Source of the DNA: a virus
Virus record (IMG/VR): IMGVR_UViG_3300017957_001843
Span: 1-64,000 of that record
DNA: 64,000 nucleotides
Reading direction: 5' to 3' (one strand)
This document shows positions 1 through 8,379 of the stretch, piece after piece. How positions within the stretch are numbered: position 1 is the stretch's first letter; each line of letters begins with the position of its first letter. A program made the translations under genes and the position numbers. The notes under the pieces are model-generated. The model made no database searches. It saw only the letters and a program-made list of their open reading frames with translations, and was not told the origin of the DNA.

Positions 1-458
1 GAGGTTAATGAATATTCAAAATCAACTTCTCCACCGTCAATATATGTAATATATTCATTTGAGTACCAAACTTTAGGACCGTGTGCTCCGAAACTTTCTA
101 AGTATTTTTCTTTTACAGGAGTATAATTTTTAAAAAACCGTGTCAACGTTCCTTCATTACAATTATATACAGGAATGTTAAATGTACAATCTCTTTGTGT
201 ATCAATATGTGCCGGTAATTGCCCTGGTTCAAATTTCATAAGTTTTATAAAATCTTTTAATTTAGGATGTTTATCTCTTATATCTTGTAGGTACTTATAG
301 TCTTTGACTTGTAATACATTTTCATCTGTATACCTTAATGCTAGTGGTGCCGGAGCATCTATCCAGTCTTGAGTAATCCATTGTGTTCCTAATTCAACAA
401 AGAAATTTATATCAATATCACTTTTACTAAACTCTTTTACATATTGATTATGAATCAT
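1..458 (-). CDS. Putative 2OG-Fe(II) oxygenase-like protein, 3' end runs off the window (not in the ORF track)
   Basis: Manual translation from the ATG at 458 (ATGA overlap with the upstream stop) gives MIHNQYVKEF...GQLPAHIDTQRDCTFNIPVYN..., open to position 1. HxD followed by an 'NIP' strand, as in the neighbour 455..973. Confidence 0.65.
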   Translation of the reverse strand, partial: MIHNQYVKEFSKSDIDINFFVELGTQWITQDWIDAPAPLALRYTDENVLQVKDYKYLQDIRDKHPKLKDFIKLMKFEPGQLPAHIDTQRDCTFNIPVYNCNEGTLTRFFKNYTPVKEKYLESFGAHGPKVWYSNEYITYIDGGEVDFEYSLT

Positions 459-973
459 ATGATTAATCCTTTTAATTTTTTATTATATATTTCGCAAACT
501 TCTTCGTATGGTTCTTCAAAACACAACTGAAAAACTATTCTAGGACTTTTGTCGTTGTATTCTACGTTATGAAAACACCCACCAGTATTTAATATTGCTC
601 CGCAATTATGGTATCCTACACTACAAACAAAATTTTCATTATCATCATAAAACATAGTTTTACTTGCAGTTGGTGCTAATGGAAAATTAATTACAGTTTG
701 CCTAGGCATATATAAATTTTCATATTCGTTATAACGATTACGATCTTTATGTATTTTACTTCCTGTTTCTGTTACACGTAATAATTGGCACACACAATTT
801 ATACCTTTAGGTTTAAAATGCTGAATTGTACTAGGTAGTTTAAAAAAACTTATTTTATAACTTATGTCTACAAATGCATCTGTGGCTAGTGCATACTCAA
901 GTAACGAATCTCTTGTTACTTGTGATAAAGCATATTGTACTTGTTTATAATATGGATCATAACTCTGTAGCAT
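455..973 (-). CDS. Putative 2OG-Fe(II) oxygenase-like protein
   Basis: KIHKD (HxD) ... VINFPL ... FHNV (distal His) ... PRIVFQL (2OG-binding Arg) pattern. Confidence 0.65.
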   Translation of the reverse strand: MLQSYDPYYKQVQYALSQVTRDSLLEYALATDAFVDISYKISFFKLPSTIQHFKPKGINCVCQLLRVTETGSKIHKDRNRYNEYENLYMPRQTVINFPLAPTASKTMFYDDNENFVCSVGYHNCGAILNTGGCFHNVEYNDKSPRIVFQLCFEEPYEEVCEIYNKKLKGLII

Positions 974-1796
974 ATTCTTTCTTTTTATTTTCGTATTTTT
1001 CTTGTAACAGCTTTGTTACTACTCCAGTTTTTTGTGTTTCTGTAATGCCGCCGCTTGAACTAGTAATAAAAATTTCATCAGCATTATGAAACATTGTTGT
1101 TGTAATAGGCATACGTTTAAAAGTTATATTATTTTCTTTTGCTATATCTTCAACGACACTCATAGTAATACCTTTAAGAACATTATTATTTGCTGTTTTA
1201 ATTACTCCGTCTTTGACAATGCCAACGTTAAATCCAGGGCCTTCTGTTACAAATCCATTTGTATCTACTAAAACTGTAGTGTCGTACTCTTCTGGTTTAT
1301 TTCGCTGACTCATTGTAAGTTCAATCCAGGCCATATTCTTATATTGTTGACCATAGTAATCATCGTTAACACGATTTGTATCTTGATCTAAGTATAATTT
1401 AACTTGCGGATTTTTTGCAATAGGATAACTAGGTTTAATATACATTGCAAAATGTGTAGGACAATTTTCTAAATCTCTTGGATTTCCGCTGGGAGGAAAA
1501 CCTCTCCAGATAATAAACCATACAAACGCATTGTCAATAGGATTACGCTTTGCAAGTTCTTTTATAATTTCTAAAGGATCTACATCAGGTATAGTTAGTC
1601 CATAACGTTCTGCACTGGCTTTAAATCTTCCTAAATGCCTATCATAACAAAATGCTTTGCCGTCATAGACCGGCATAACATCGTAAGTAGCATCACAGTG
1701 TATAAAACCAAAGTCAAGTATAGAAGGGCCTATATCTCTTAATGGTAAGTATTCACCGTTTTTATATGCAATTAAATCTAAAACATCATTCATCAA
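957..1796 (-). CDS. PLP fold-type IV aminotransferase, (R)-selective amine transaminase-like
   Basis: LDFGFIHCDATYDV, HLGRF, FVWFIIWRG, catalytic Lys in YKNMAW, TEGPGFNV, VLKGIT, ADEIFITSSSGG. Confidence 0.85.
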   Translation of the reverse strand: MMNDVLDLIAYKNGEYLPLRDIGPSILDFGFIHCDATYDVMPVYDGKAFCYDRHLGRFKASAERYGLTIPDVDPLEIIKELAKRNPIDNAFVWFIIWRGFPPSGNPRDLENCPTHFAMYIKPSYPIAKNPQVKLYLDQDTNRVNDDYYGQQYKNMAWIELTMSQRNKPEEYDTTVLVDTNGFVTEGPGFNVGIVKDGVIKTANNNVLKGITMSVVEDIAKENNITFKRMPITTTMFHNADEIFITSSSGGITETQKTGVVTKLLQEKYENKKKEYATEL

Positions 1797-2043
1797 AATG
1801 TACCTTTCGTAATTGCGGATCGTCAGGCAATTTTTGCTTCAGTGTTTTCAAACGATTTATTCTCCATTCAAGGAGTTTAAAATCTAACACCCAAGGAAAA
1901 ATTGCGTGTATTAAACTTCCTATTGTTATAAAAAGTAAAAAGAAAAATTCCCCTATCGCTAAACGGAAATGCCACCAATAGCCAGCGTCTTCGCGACCAG
2001 CTTTAGCCTTAGCTTCTTTAAGGTGGGCAAAATTAAACCACAT
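1786..2043 (-). CDS. Small DUF6356-like protein with a hydrophobic segment
   Basis: HL...GYWWHFRLA...LIHAIFPW pattern. Overlaps both neighbours in the operon. Confidence 0.55.
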   Translation of the reverse strand: MWFNFAHLKEAKAKAGREDAGYWWHFRLAIGEFFFLLFITIGSLIHAIFPWVLDFKLLEWRINRLKTLKQKLPDDPQLRKVHFDE

Positions 2044-2587
2044 ATTTGTTCTGTATCCTTTCTCTACGTTTTTTATATTCTTGAATATTTAATTTCCATA
2101 AATTTTGTTTTGTATAATATAATTCTATTTCTCCTTTGTCTTCTAATATACCTTGCTTTGCTAATAATCCCATTAATCGATGATTCCTAGCAGCTTTGCC
2201 GTTAGAATGATCGTTATATAGATTTGTTGTCATATAAAGATTATCACTTGGACACCAATCTATAAACAAAGGTATAAACTCTCTCTGTGTTAAACTATTC
2301 CAATCTCCTTTACCTAGACCTTTAAAACTATCTGTATGAGGTAATTCGCATCCTCTAAAAAGTATTCTCCAAGCATCATTAGAAACTTCAGGTAAAGGAT
2401 GACATCCTGCAACTGCTATAATTTCTTCATCTCTAATTGCACACCAATATTCTCCTTGTGTTTTACACCAAATTAATTTCATTGCACGAAAGCTAGAGTT
2501 ATTTTCATATCCTAAATCTTTACATTTATTACAAAATACTTGTAACATATCAAGATGTTTATCTTGTATTTTTTCTATCTTAATCAT
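2033..2587 (-). CDS. Putative GNAT-fold acyltransferase
   Basis: YWCAIRDEEIIAVAGCH ... AWRILFRG beta-strand pattern; 184 aa. Weak motif evidence only. Confidence 0.45.
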   Translation of the reverse strand: MIKIEKIQDKHLDMLQVFCNKCKDLGYENNSSFRAMKLIWCKTQGEYWCAIRDEEIIAVAGCHPLPEVSNDAWRILFRGCELPHTDSFKGLGKGDWNSLTQREFIPLFIDWCPSDNLYMTTNLYNDHSNGKAARNHRLMGLLAKQGILEDKGEIELYYTKQNLWKLNIQEYKKRRERIQNKYVV

Positions 2588-3198
2588 AGTACTTGAAAAT
2601 TATGAACAGTATTTAAAAAAGTACGTTCATTTAATTTTACATTAATTACTAACCAATAACTAGGGTCTTTTTTTGTATTAAAAAGTTCGTGTTCTTTAGC
2701 AGTATCAATAAAATACAATCCTCCAGATTCCCAATTTAATAACTTTCCTTCTAAAATAAAGTTACACGGATTAACTAAAGGAGATATTAATCTAAAACTA
2801 TCTAGCTTTGTTCCTCTAAAATCTCTATGTTTAGGAAAAAATCCGCCAGGTCCTAATTTTAAAATGTGTGTTCTAAATATATCTCCCTTCCAAGGATCTA
2901 ATATTTTTTTCAAATCTTCATTTTCATAAACCGGAGTTGGGACACAAAAATCTTCTTCTTCGTATGTTGTACCATTTTCTTTATTATATTCGTGTAAACT
3001 ATCTAGATCAGGGATACCACTTATTCCGCCATCTAGACTAGTAATACTCAGTCCTTGCCTATTATTCGGTAAACGTCTAGGGTTATACTGTACGTACTCA
3101 AAGTTTTCTTCAGTCCAATCTACAATTTTGCGGCCAGGAGCATAAAACTTTAATTGGTTAACTTTGCCATAAGTTACAAGGGTGTTATAGAGTTGCAT
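2584..3198 (-). CDS. 2OG-Fe(II) oxygenase, Asp/Asn beta-hydroxylase-like
   Basis: LKLGPGGFFPKHRD (HxD), FRLISPL, GGLYFIDTAKEHELFN (distal His). Confidence 0.75.
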   Translation of the reverse strand: MQLYNTLVTYGKVNQLKFYAPGRKIVDWTEENFEYVQYNPRRLPNNRQGLSITSLDGGISGIPDLDSLHEYNKENGTTYEEEDFCVPTPVYENEDLKKILDPWKGDIFRTHILKLGPGGFFPKHRDFRGTKLDSFRLISPLVNPCNFILEGKLLNWESGGLYFIDTAKEHELFNTKKDPSYWLVINVKLNERTFLNTVHNFQVL

Positions 3199-3253
3199 AC
3201 TATTATATATCGTATTTTTCAGTCAGTACTAGCCGTATTGAGTTATATACACA

Positions 3254-3261
3254 TATAAATA
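3254..3261 (+). promoter_or_regulatory. T4 late-type promoter motif TATAAATA, 4 nt before the GTG start at 3266
   Basis: Exact TATAAATA in the divergent intergenic region. Confidence 0.55.
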
Positions 3262-3265
3262 AATT

Positions 3266-4255
3266 GTGATTATAGAATCGATTTCAAAAAATAACTGGTT
3301 TACAGACTACACTGTACAATGGCGTCCAATTATGATGTGCAATTATGATTGTAGTTATTGTAGTCCGACAAGTCATTTAGCAATTGAAAAACGAAGCATA
3401 CCTACTGCTAATGATCTTATTAAAGCAGCAAAAAATCTTAGAAACGCAATTCCTAAAGACAAAGAAACAATGGTTGTTATTACGGGTGGAGAGCCATTTT
3501 TAATCAAAGATATACACTTATGGTTAGAATATTTGTTAGACAATAATTTTTATATAATGATATTTACAAATAGTAGTCTAAATGAAGAAACTTACAAAAA
3601 GTGTAAAAAAGTTTTTTCAAATAAAAAATTACTTTTTAAAATGAGCTTTCATCCTGAATTTGCAGACATAGATAAATTTGCAACACTGGCAAATAATATA
3701 CAAAAATTAGGTGCAAAAGTAGAAATACGTGCAATGTTAGCAAATAAAATGTTTGATAAGATTGATGAATTAGAATCTAAAACAAATGTAGATTTTATTA
3801 GACTTCCTGTTTTTCCGTTATATAATAAAAAAGAAAATAAAGTAAACCCTATAAACAGTAGCAGCAGAAACTTAAAAGACTATTACCAAACAGCTGACGA
3901 CGGAAAACTAAACTATTTTACAAAAGACGAATTACAAAAACTTAAACAATACGAAGATGTTGACCCGCCAGATTACTTAAAAATAAAAATAAACGATAAT
4001 ATAGATTACAGTGCAGATAAAATAGTTTTGCAAGGAAAAAATATTTTTAAAGGTTGGAAATGTAGTGTTGTACAACGAAAACTGGTTATTAAACCAAATG
4101 GTGATTTACACTATGGTATATGTAATAACGAAGGAGTTTTTGGAAATATCTATGATGAAAATTTAGATCTATTTTCCAAAAAATTTACCACCTGTAATGC
4201 TCCGCTTTGTGGAGTAATAGAAGAAGTTATGTTAGAAAAATATAAAGATGTATAA
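3266..4255 (+). CDS. Radical SAM protein with C-terminal Twitch/SPASM-like Cys domain
   Basis: CNYDCSYC (CxxxCxxC), ITGGEPF, C-terminal WKC...GIC...TTCNAPLC. Confidence 0.9.
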   Translation: MIIESISKNNWFTDYTVQWRPIMMCNYDCSYCSPTSHLAIEKRSIPTANDLIKAAKNLRNAIPKDKETMVVITGGEPFLIKDIHLWLEYLLDNNFYIMIFTNSSLNEETYKKCKKVFSNKKLLFKMSFHPEFADIDKFATLANNIQKLGAKVEIRAMLANKMFDKIDELESKTNVDFIRLPVFPLYNKKENKVNPINSSSRNLKDYYQTADDGKLNYFTKDELQKLKQYEDVDPPDYLKIKINDNIDYSADKIVLQGKNIFKGWKCSVVQRKLVIKPNGDLHYGICNNEGVFGNIYDENLDLFSKKFTTCNAPLCGVIEEVMLEKYKDV

Positions 4256-5345
4256 TAAAGTAGAACACATACACTTAGAGCCAACTAGCGAATGTAACGC
4301 TAGATGTCCAATGTGCGAGCGCACATATGAAACTACATTAGAAACACACCCTTGCTTAAAAGTCACAGAGTGGAAAAGCAACGATCTAGATAAAATCTTA
4401 GATGATCCGTTTTTTAAAGATGTAAAAATTATACATATAAATGGAAACTATGGAGATATTGTAAGCCATTCTCACCCTAAAGAATTGTTAAATGTCATTA
4501 TAAAAAGAAATATTGCATTGCATATCAATACCAATGGCGGAGCATTAAATACTGAATTTTGGAAATGGTTAGGCTCGTACGAGAGAGCACTAGTTGAGTT
4601 TGATATAGACGGTTTAGAAGATACTCATCATTTGTATAGACGTAACACAAGATTTGATATTGTAATAAAAAATGCAAAAGCATATATCGATGCCGGAGGC
4701 AAAGCTAAATGGGCTATGAATGGATTTAAGCACAATGAACATCAGGTTGAAGAATGCAGAGAATTAGCTAAAGATTTAGGCTTCAGTCAGTTTTACTACA
4801 GACCTTCAAGTAGGTGGATGTGGTCAAGCAAACTAGATATTTTAGATAAAAATTACAATTTTGCATACAGTATCGAGCCTGCAAAAGAATTCCAAGATCT
4901 TGCAAGTAAATTACCTTACTACAAATCAAGACCTCCTGAAGCATATAAAAACAAAATATACAATAAACGTGTTCCTTTAGTAGAAACTAACTGTAATGTA
5001 AATTGTAAGGTTATAGGTGAAAAAAGTATATACAAGCTAGAGTCAGTATACATAAGTTCTGATCAGCGGTTATGGCCGTGTTGCTGGATGCACCTTGACG
5101 ATATTAGATCAGACTGGAAGGAAAATAAAGGCGGATTTGAAAGTTTGTTTAGAGACAAGGATAGAGATTTTAATAATTTGTTAAAAAATTCTGTTTCTAA
5201 AATGTTAGAAAACGGATTGTTTAAACGTATAAGCGATAGTTGGAATACTAATAATGTTTTATACGAGTGTGCAAGGACCTGTAAAGATAAAAATAACTTT
5301 CAAATGCAGACATCAGTAAGCTCTCACAACGATCTTAAAAAGTAA
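4248..5345 (+). CDS. Radical SAM protein with C-terminal Twitch/SPASM domain (paralog of 14369..15592)
   Basis: CNARCPMC, GNYGD, NTNGG, DIDGLEDTHHLYRRN, WPCCW, CARTC. Confidence 0.9.
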   Translation: MYNKVEHIHLEPTSECNARCPMCERTYETTLETHPCLKVTEWKSNDLDKILDDPFFKDVKIIHINGNYGDIVSHSHPKELLNVIIKRNIALHINTNGGALNTEFWKWLGSYERALVEFDIDGLEDTHHLYRRNTRFDIVIKNAKAYIDAGGKAKWAMNGFKHNEHQVEECRELAKDLGFSQFYYRPSSRWMWSSKLDILDKNYNFAYSIEPAKEFQDLASKLPYYKSRPPEAYKNKIYNKRVPLVETNCNVNCKVIGEKSIYKLESVYISSDQRLWPCCWMHLDDIRSDWKENKGGFESLFRDKDRDFNNLLKNSVSKMLENGLFKRISDSWNTNNVLYECARTCKDKNNFQMQTSVSSHNDLKK

Positions 5346-6810
5346 AACTTTTTATAATTTTTACTACTTCTTCATTTTGATCTTCATATTCTTCTAAATA
5401 TTTACGTCCTATGTTAAAAGATTTTCCGCTCACAGTTGGTTTTTCATATAAACCTAGCTCTATTGCTCTATTTAAAAATATAAAATGTCTTTCTATTCTT
5501 TTTTTGTAATCGTTTTCTTTACTTTCCCATTCAAAATAATTAGTGATATTATGTATGTCATAATCTTCTGAATTGATATATACCGGTGTACCTGGAATCA
5601 TAATCATAGGATGGTCAGAAGCAACAGTTTGAACAACTTCAGGATATTCTGCAAACATCTCTAATATTTTAAGTGTGTCTTGAAAATCTTCTTCTGTTTC
5701 TGTTGGAAATCCGACAAACATTAACGGAGTAAATTTTAAACCTACTTTTTTCATTTCTTCTAAATGAAATCTAACTGCTTCGTTAGAAAAAGGCTTACCT
5801 ATTTCTTTTCTTATTTTTTCACTTCCGGATTCTATCCCTACACTAACTGTCTTTAACCCAGCTGCTATCATTTTAGAAAATATTGTAGGATCTGTTTGCC
5901 GTATTTCTCTAAATATAAATTGTCCGTTGAACTTAAATTCGACTCCAGTTTCTTCTGTAAACTTTGCTATTACTTCTAACATTTTTACAAATTCTTTTTG
6001 ATTACCATTGATTAAACTGTCTGTGAATCTAAACCTTTTAATATTATGTTGGTGATACAAATGAATCATTTCATTTGCTATTCGTTCTCCTGATTTCCAT
6101 AAAAATTTACGCCATAACAAAGGTACATTACAAAATGCACAGTTTCTAACACATCCCCTTGATCCGCTTATATATAATAGAGGATTATTTTTGTATAAGC
6201 TAAAATCTATTCCAGTATAATCTGCATAAGGAATAGTTTCTCGATCAAAATTATTATCAAAATCATAATTGTTTATTCCAGGATAATCTTTAACTCCTTC
6301 TAGATACTTCACAATAGAAATTTCGGCATCACCTGATATAAAATCGTCAATACGTTTCATTCTTTTTAATCTATCTATTACTTCTACTACACCGTCGTGA
6401 GATGTAGTCAAGGCTGGGCCTCCTAAAACAATCTTAACATTAGGATTCTTTTCTTTTATAACCTTTGTTACTAAAAAAATACTAGGAAAACTCCAGTATG
6501 AAAAAACAGTTATTCCTATTATCTTTGGTTTTTTTGGAGCAATATATTTTTTATAGTACCGATTTATTTCTTTAGTATACTGTCTTTCTATTTTTAAAAC
6601 AAGATCTTTGTCTATTAATGTAGTGTCAGATACATTCCAAATATATCCCATTTTTGTATCAATAGTTTGTTTATAAAACCAAGCATTAAAATCTAAAAAT
6701 TCACTTTTATACCCAGCAGATTTTACACAACCATTGAGCTGAGCAACTGCAAGAATTGGACCTTGCACTTCTAATTTAGGAACTGTCATAAAGAGTATAT
6801 CAAGTGCCAT
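5335..6810 (-). CDS. Cobalamin-binding radical SAM protein (class B methyltransferase-like)
   Basis: N-terminal B12-binding-type domain (IIGITVFS, KIVLGGP, GDAE), SRGCVRNCAFC, FTDSLING, VGIESGS, VGFPTETEEDF, PGTP. Confidence 0.88.
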   Translation of the reverse strand: MALDILFMTVPKLEVQGPILAVAQLNGCVKSAGYKSEFLDFNAWFYKQTIDTKMGYIWNVSDTTLIDKDLVLKIERQYTKEINRYYKKYIAPKKPKIIGITVFSYWSFPSIFLVTKVIKEKNPNVKIVLGGPALTTSHDGVVEVIDRLKRMKRIDDFISGDAEISIVKYLEGVKDYPGINNYDFDNNFDRETIPYADYTGIDFSLYKNNPLLYISGSRGCVRNCAFCNVPLLWRKFLWKSGERIANEMIHLYHQHNIKRFRFTDSLINGNQKEFVKMLEVIAKFTEETGVEFKFNGQFIFREIRQTDPTIFSKMIAAGLKTVSVGIESGSEKIRKEIGKPFSNEAVRFHLEEMKKVGLKFTPLMFVGFPTETEEDFQDTLKILEMFAEYPEVVQTVASDHPMIMIPGTPVYINSEDYDIHNITNYFEWESKENDYKKRIERHFIFLNRAIELGLYEKPTVSGKSFNIGRKYLEEYEDQNEEVVKIIKSFTF

Positions 6811-6814
6811 AATT

Positions 6815-7696
6815 TTATTTTATTTCTACCTTTACTAAGTTTCTTTGTAAAATAACTTTTAAAAAATCTTCTGATATGTTTTTTTGTAATATACCTAATG
6901 GAATATGTCCTATACTGTTTTTCGGATCGTGAATATTAATCCCGCCTTCTACCATCCATTTTTTACAAGCTTTAATTTCTTTTTCTTGGTTATAGATTGT
7001 ATTTGCTTGTAATTGAAAAAAGAAACTAGGACTATATTCTTTCAACACTACAGCAGTTTTAGGTGTTCTCCCACTTTTCATAGTTTTTAAAAAATCTTCC
7101 CCCAATGCATTATAATTTAAATATACTACATAAGGTTCTATATAAGGACTATATAGACTGTAATCTTTTTCATCAAACGCTATTTTTTTAACATTAGGAA
7201 CTTTTGATATAGGATCTACAACTCTAAATCTTACCCTCGGTGTTAAGTATTTATTACTAAGTTCGTCAGCTAATTTTTCAGAATGATGTATATGATCATT
7301 AAAGTTATCTCTGAGGCGTGTTGCTTCCTTTTTTGATAAATTACCGTTAGATATCCAATCATTATTAGCACTAATAGATTCGTATATAAAATGTAATTCG
7401 CTAAGATCGTTTATACTGAAAGAGACCTTTCCGGCATCTATTGTATATTTAAAAGGTACTGTATCAGGTATATGACTATTGATATGTGTAATTGTGTTGC
7501 TTAATTTTTTAAATTCAGTGCCATACTCAAATCCGCTTAAGGTAAGCTGATATTCATAATTAGAATTATTAATAACTTCTTGGAGTTGTTTACACCATTT
7601 ATCAATAAAATAATTTTCAAATAATTTTATTTCAATAATATTTTTATATACTTCTTTATCTATATTTTTTTCAAAATGTAAGTTTAATACTTTCAT
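6815..7696 (-). CDS. Hypothetical protein (paralog of 11611..12444)
   Basis: 293-aa ORF in the operon. LSELHFIYE, FNDHIHHSE, LGEDF and GHIPLG mirror motifs of 11611..12444. Confidence 0.7.
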   Translation of the reverse strand: MKVLNLHFEKNIDKEVYKNIIEIKLFENYFIDKWCKQLQEVINNSNYEYQLTLSGFEYGTEFKKLSNTITHINSHIPDTVPFKYTIDAGKVSFSINDLSELHFIYESISANNDWISNGNLSKKEATRLRDNFNDHIHHSEKLADELSNKYLTPRVRFRVVDPISKVPNVKKIAFDEKDYSLYSPYIEPYVVYLNYNALGEDFLKTMKSGRTPKTAVVLKEYSPSFFFQLQANTIYNQEKEIKACKKWMVEGGINIHDPKNSIGHIPLGILQKNISEDFLKVILQRNLVKVEIK

Positions 7697-8379
7697 TTTA
7701 CTCCAATCCTCATAAATCTTGTATACTTAGATAATTTAAGTTCCCCTTGATAGTATACATTCTGCATAGGAGTAGTTCTACTAAAATCGTCTAGATCTAT
7801 GCAACAATTTATGTGTTCTGGTAAATCGAAGTAATTATTAGTTTGTAATATTACAATTGTTCCTGTTGGTATGTTTTCATACCATTGTTTAAAATTTTCA
7901 ATGTGTTCACAACTAGTATTAATAATAGTATCAGGCATTTCTGTAAGATTCAAACTACTTCCATCGGCTCTGTAGGTAATGTGTGTAGTAGGATATTCCA
8001 TATCAAGAATATCTATAGTGCTTGCTTTAAACTGCCAGCCATCCATTACCCAAGGTCTATTCATATTATCAGCTATAGATGCACAACTACTATCAATATC
8101 AAAGCTACGTATTTTTTCAAATTTATCTTTTGCACGTTCAAACATTAAACTAGCAAGTGTACCATACCAACCCGCACATATAAAAACAGTACCTAAATTA
8201 GATGGCAAATTTTCAACAAGCCATAGTTTACTTTCTAATTGTCCTAAACTAAAAGCATCTACCATAGCAGTTTCACTTTCAGGAAACATATTAAGAGTAC
8301 GCTTTAGTTGTGAAACTACTTTATTTTCAGGATAAAGATATTCTAATCCATTAAGTAGATTAACTGTATTGCTCATCAA
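7693..8379 (-). CDS. Class I SAM-dependent methyltransferase-like protein
   Basis: VFICAGWYG (motif I), IRSFDID (acidic motif II), IINTSCEH. Confidence 0.7.
   Translation of the reverse strand: MMSNTVNLLNGLEYLYPENKVVSQLKRTLNMFPESETAMVDAFSLGQLESKLWLVENLPSNLGTVFICAGWYGTLASLMFERAKDKFEKIRSFDIDSSCASIADNMNRPWVMDGWQFKASTIDILDMEYPTTHITYRADGSSLNLTEMPDTIINTSCEHIENFKQWYENIPTGTIVILQTNNYFDLPEHINCCIDLDDFSRTTPMQNVYYQGELKLSKYTRFMRIGVK

Noticed and set aside
3266-4255. QueE or 7-deazaguanine DNA modification pathway
   Set aside because: It has a standard CxxxCxxC with a C-terminal Cys domain, and I recognise no folE, queD, queC or dpdA genes in the window.
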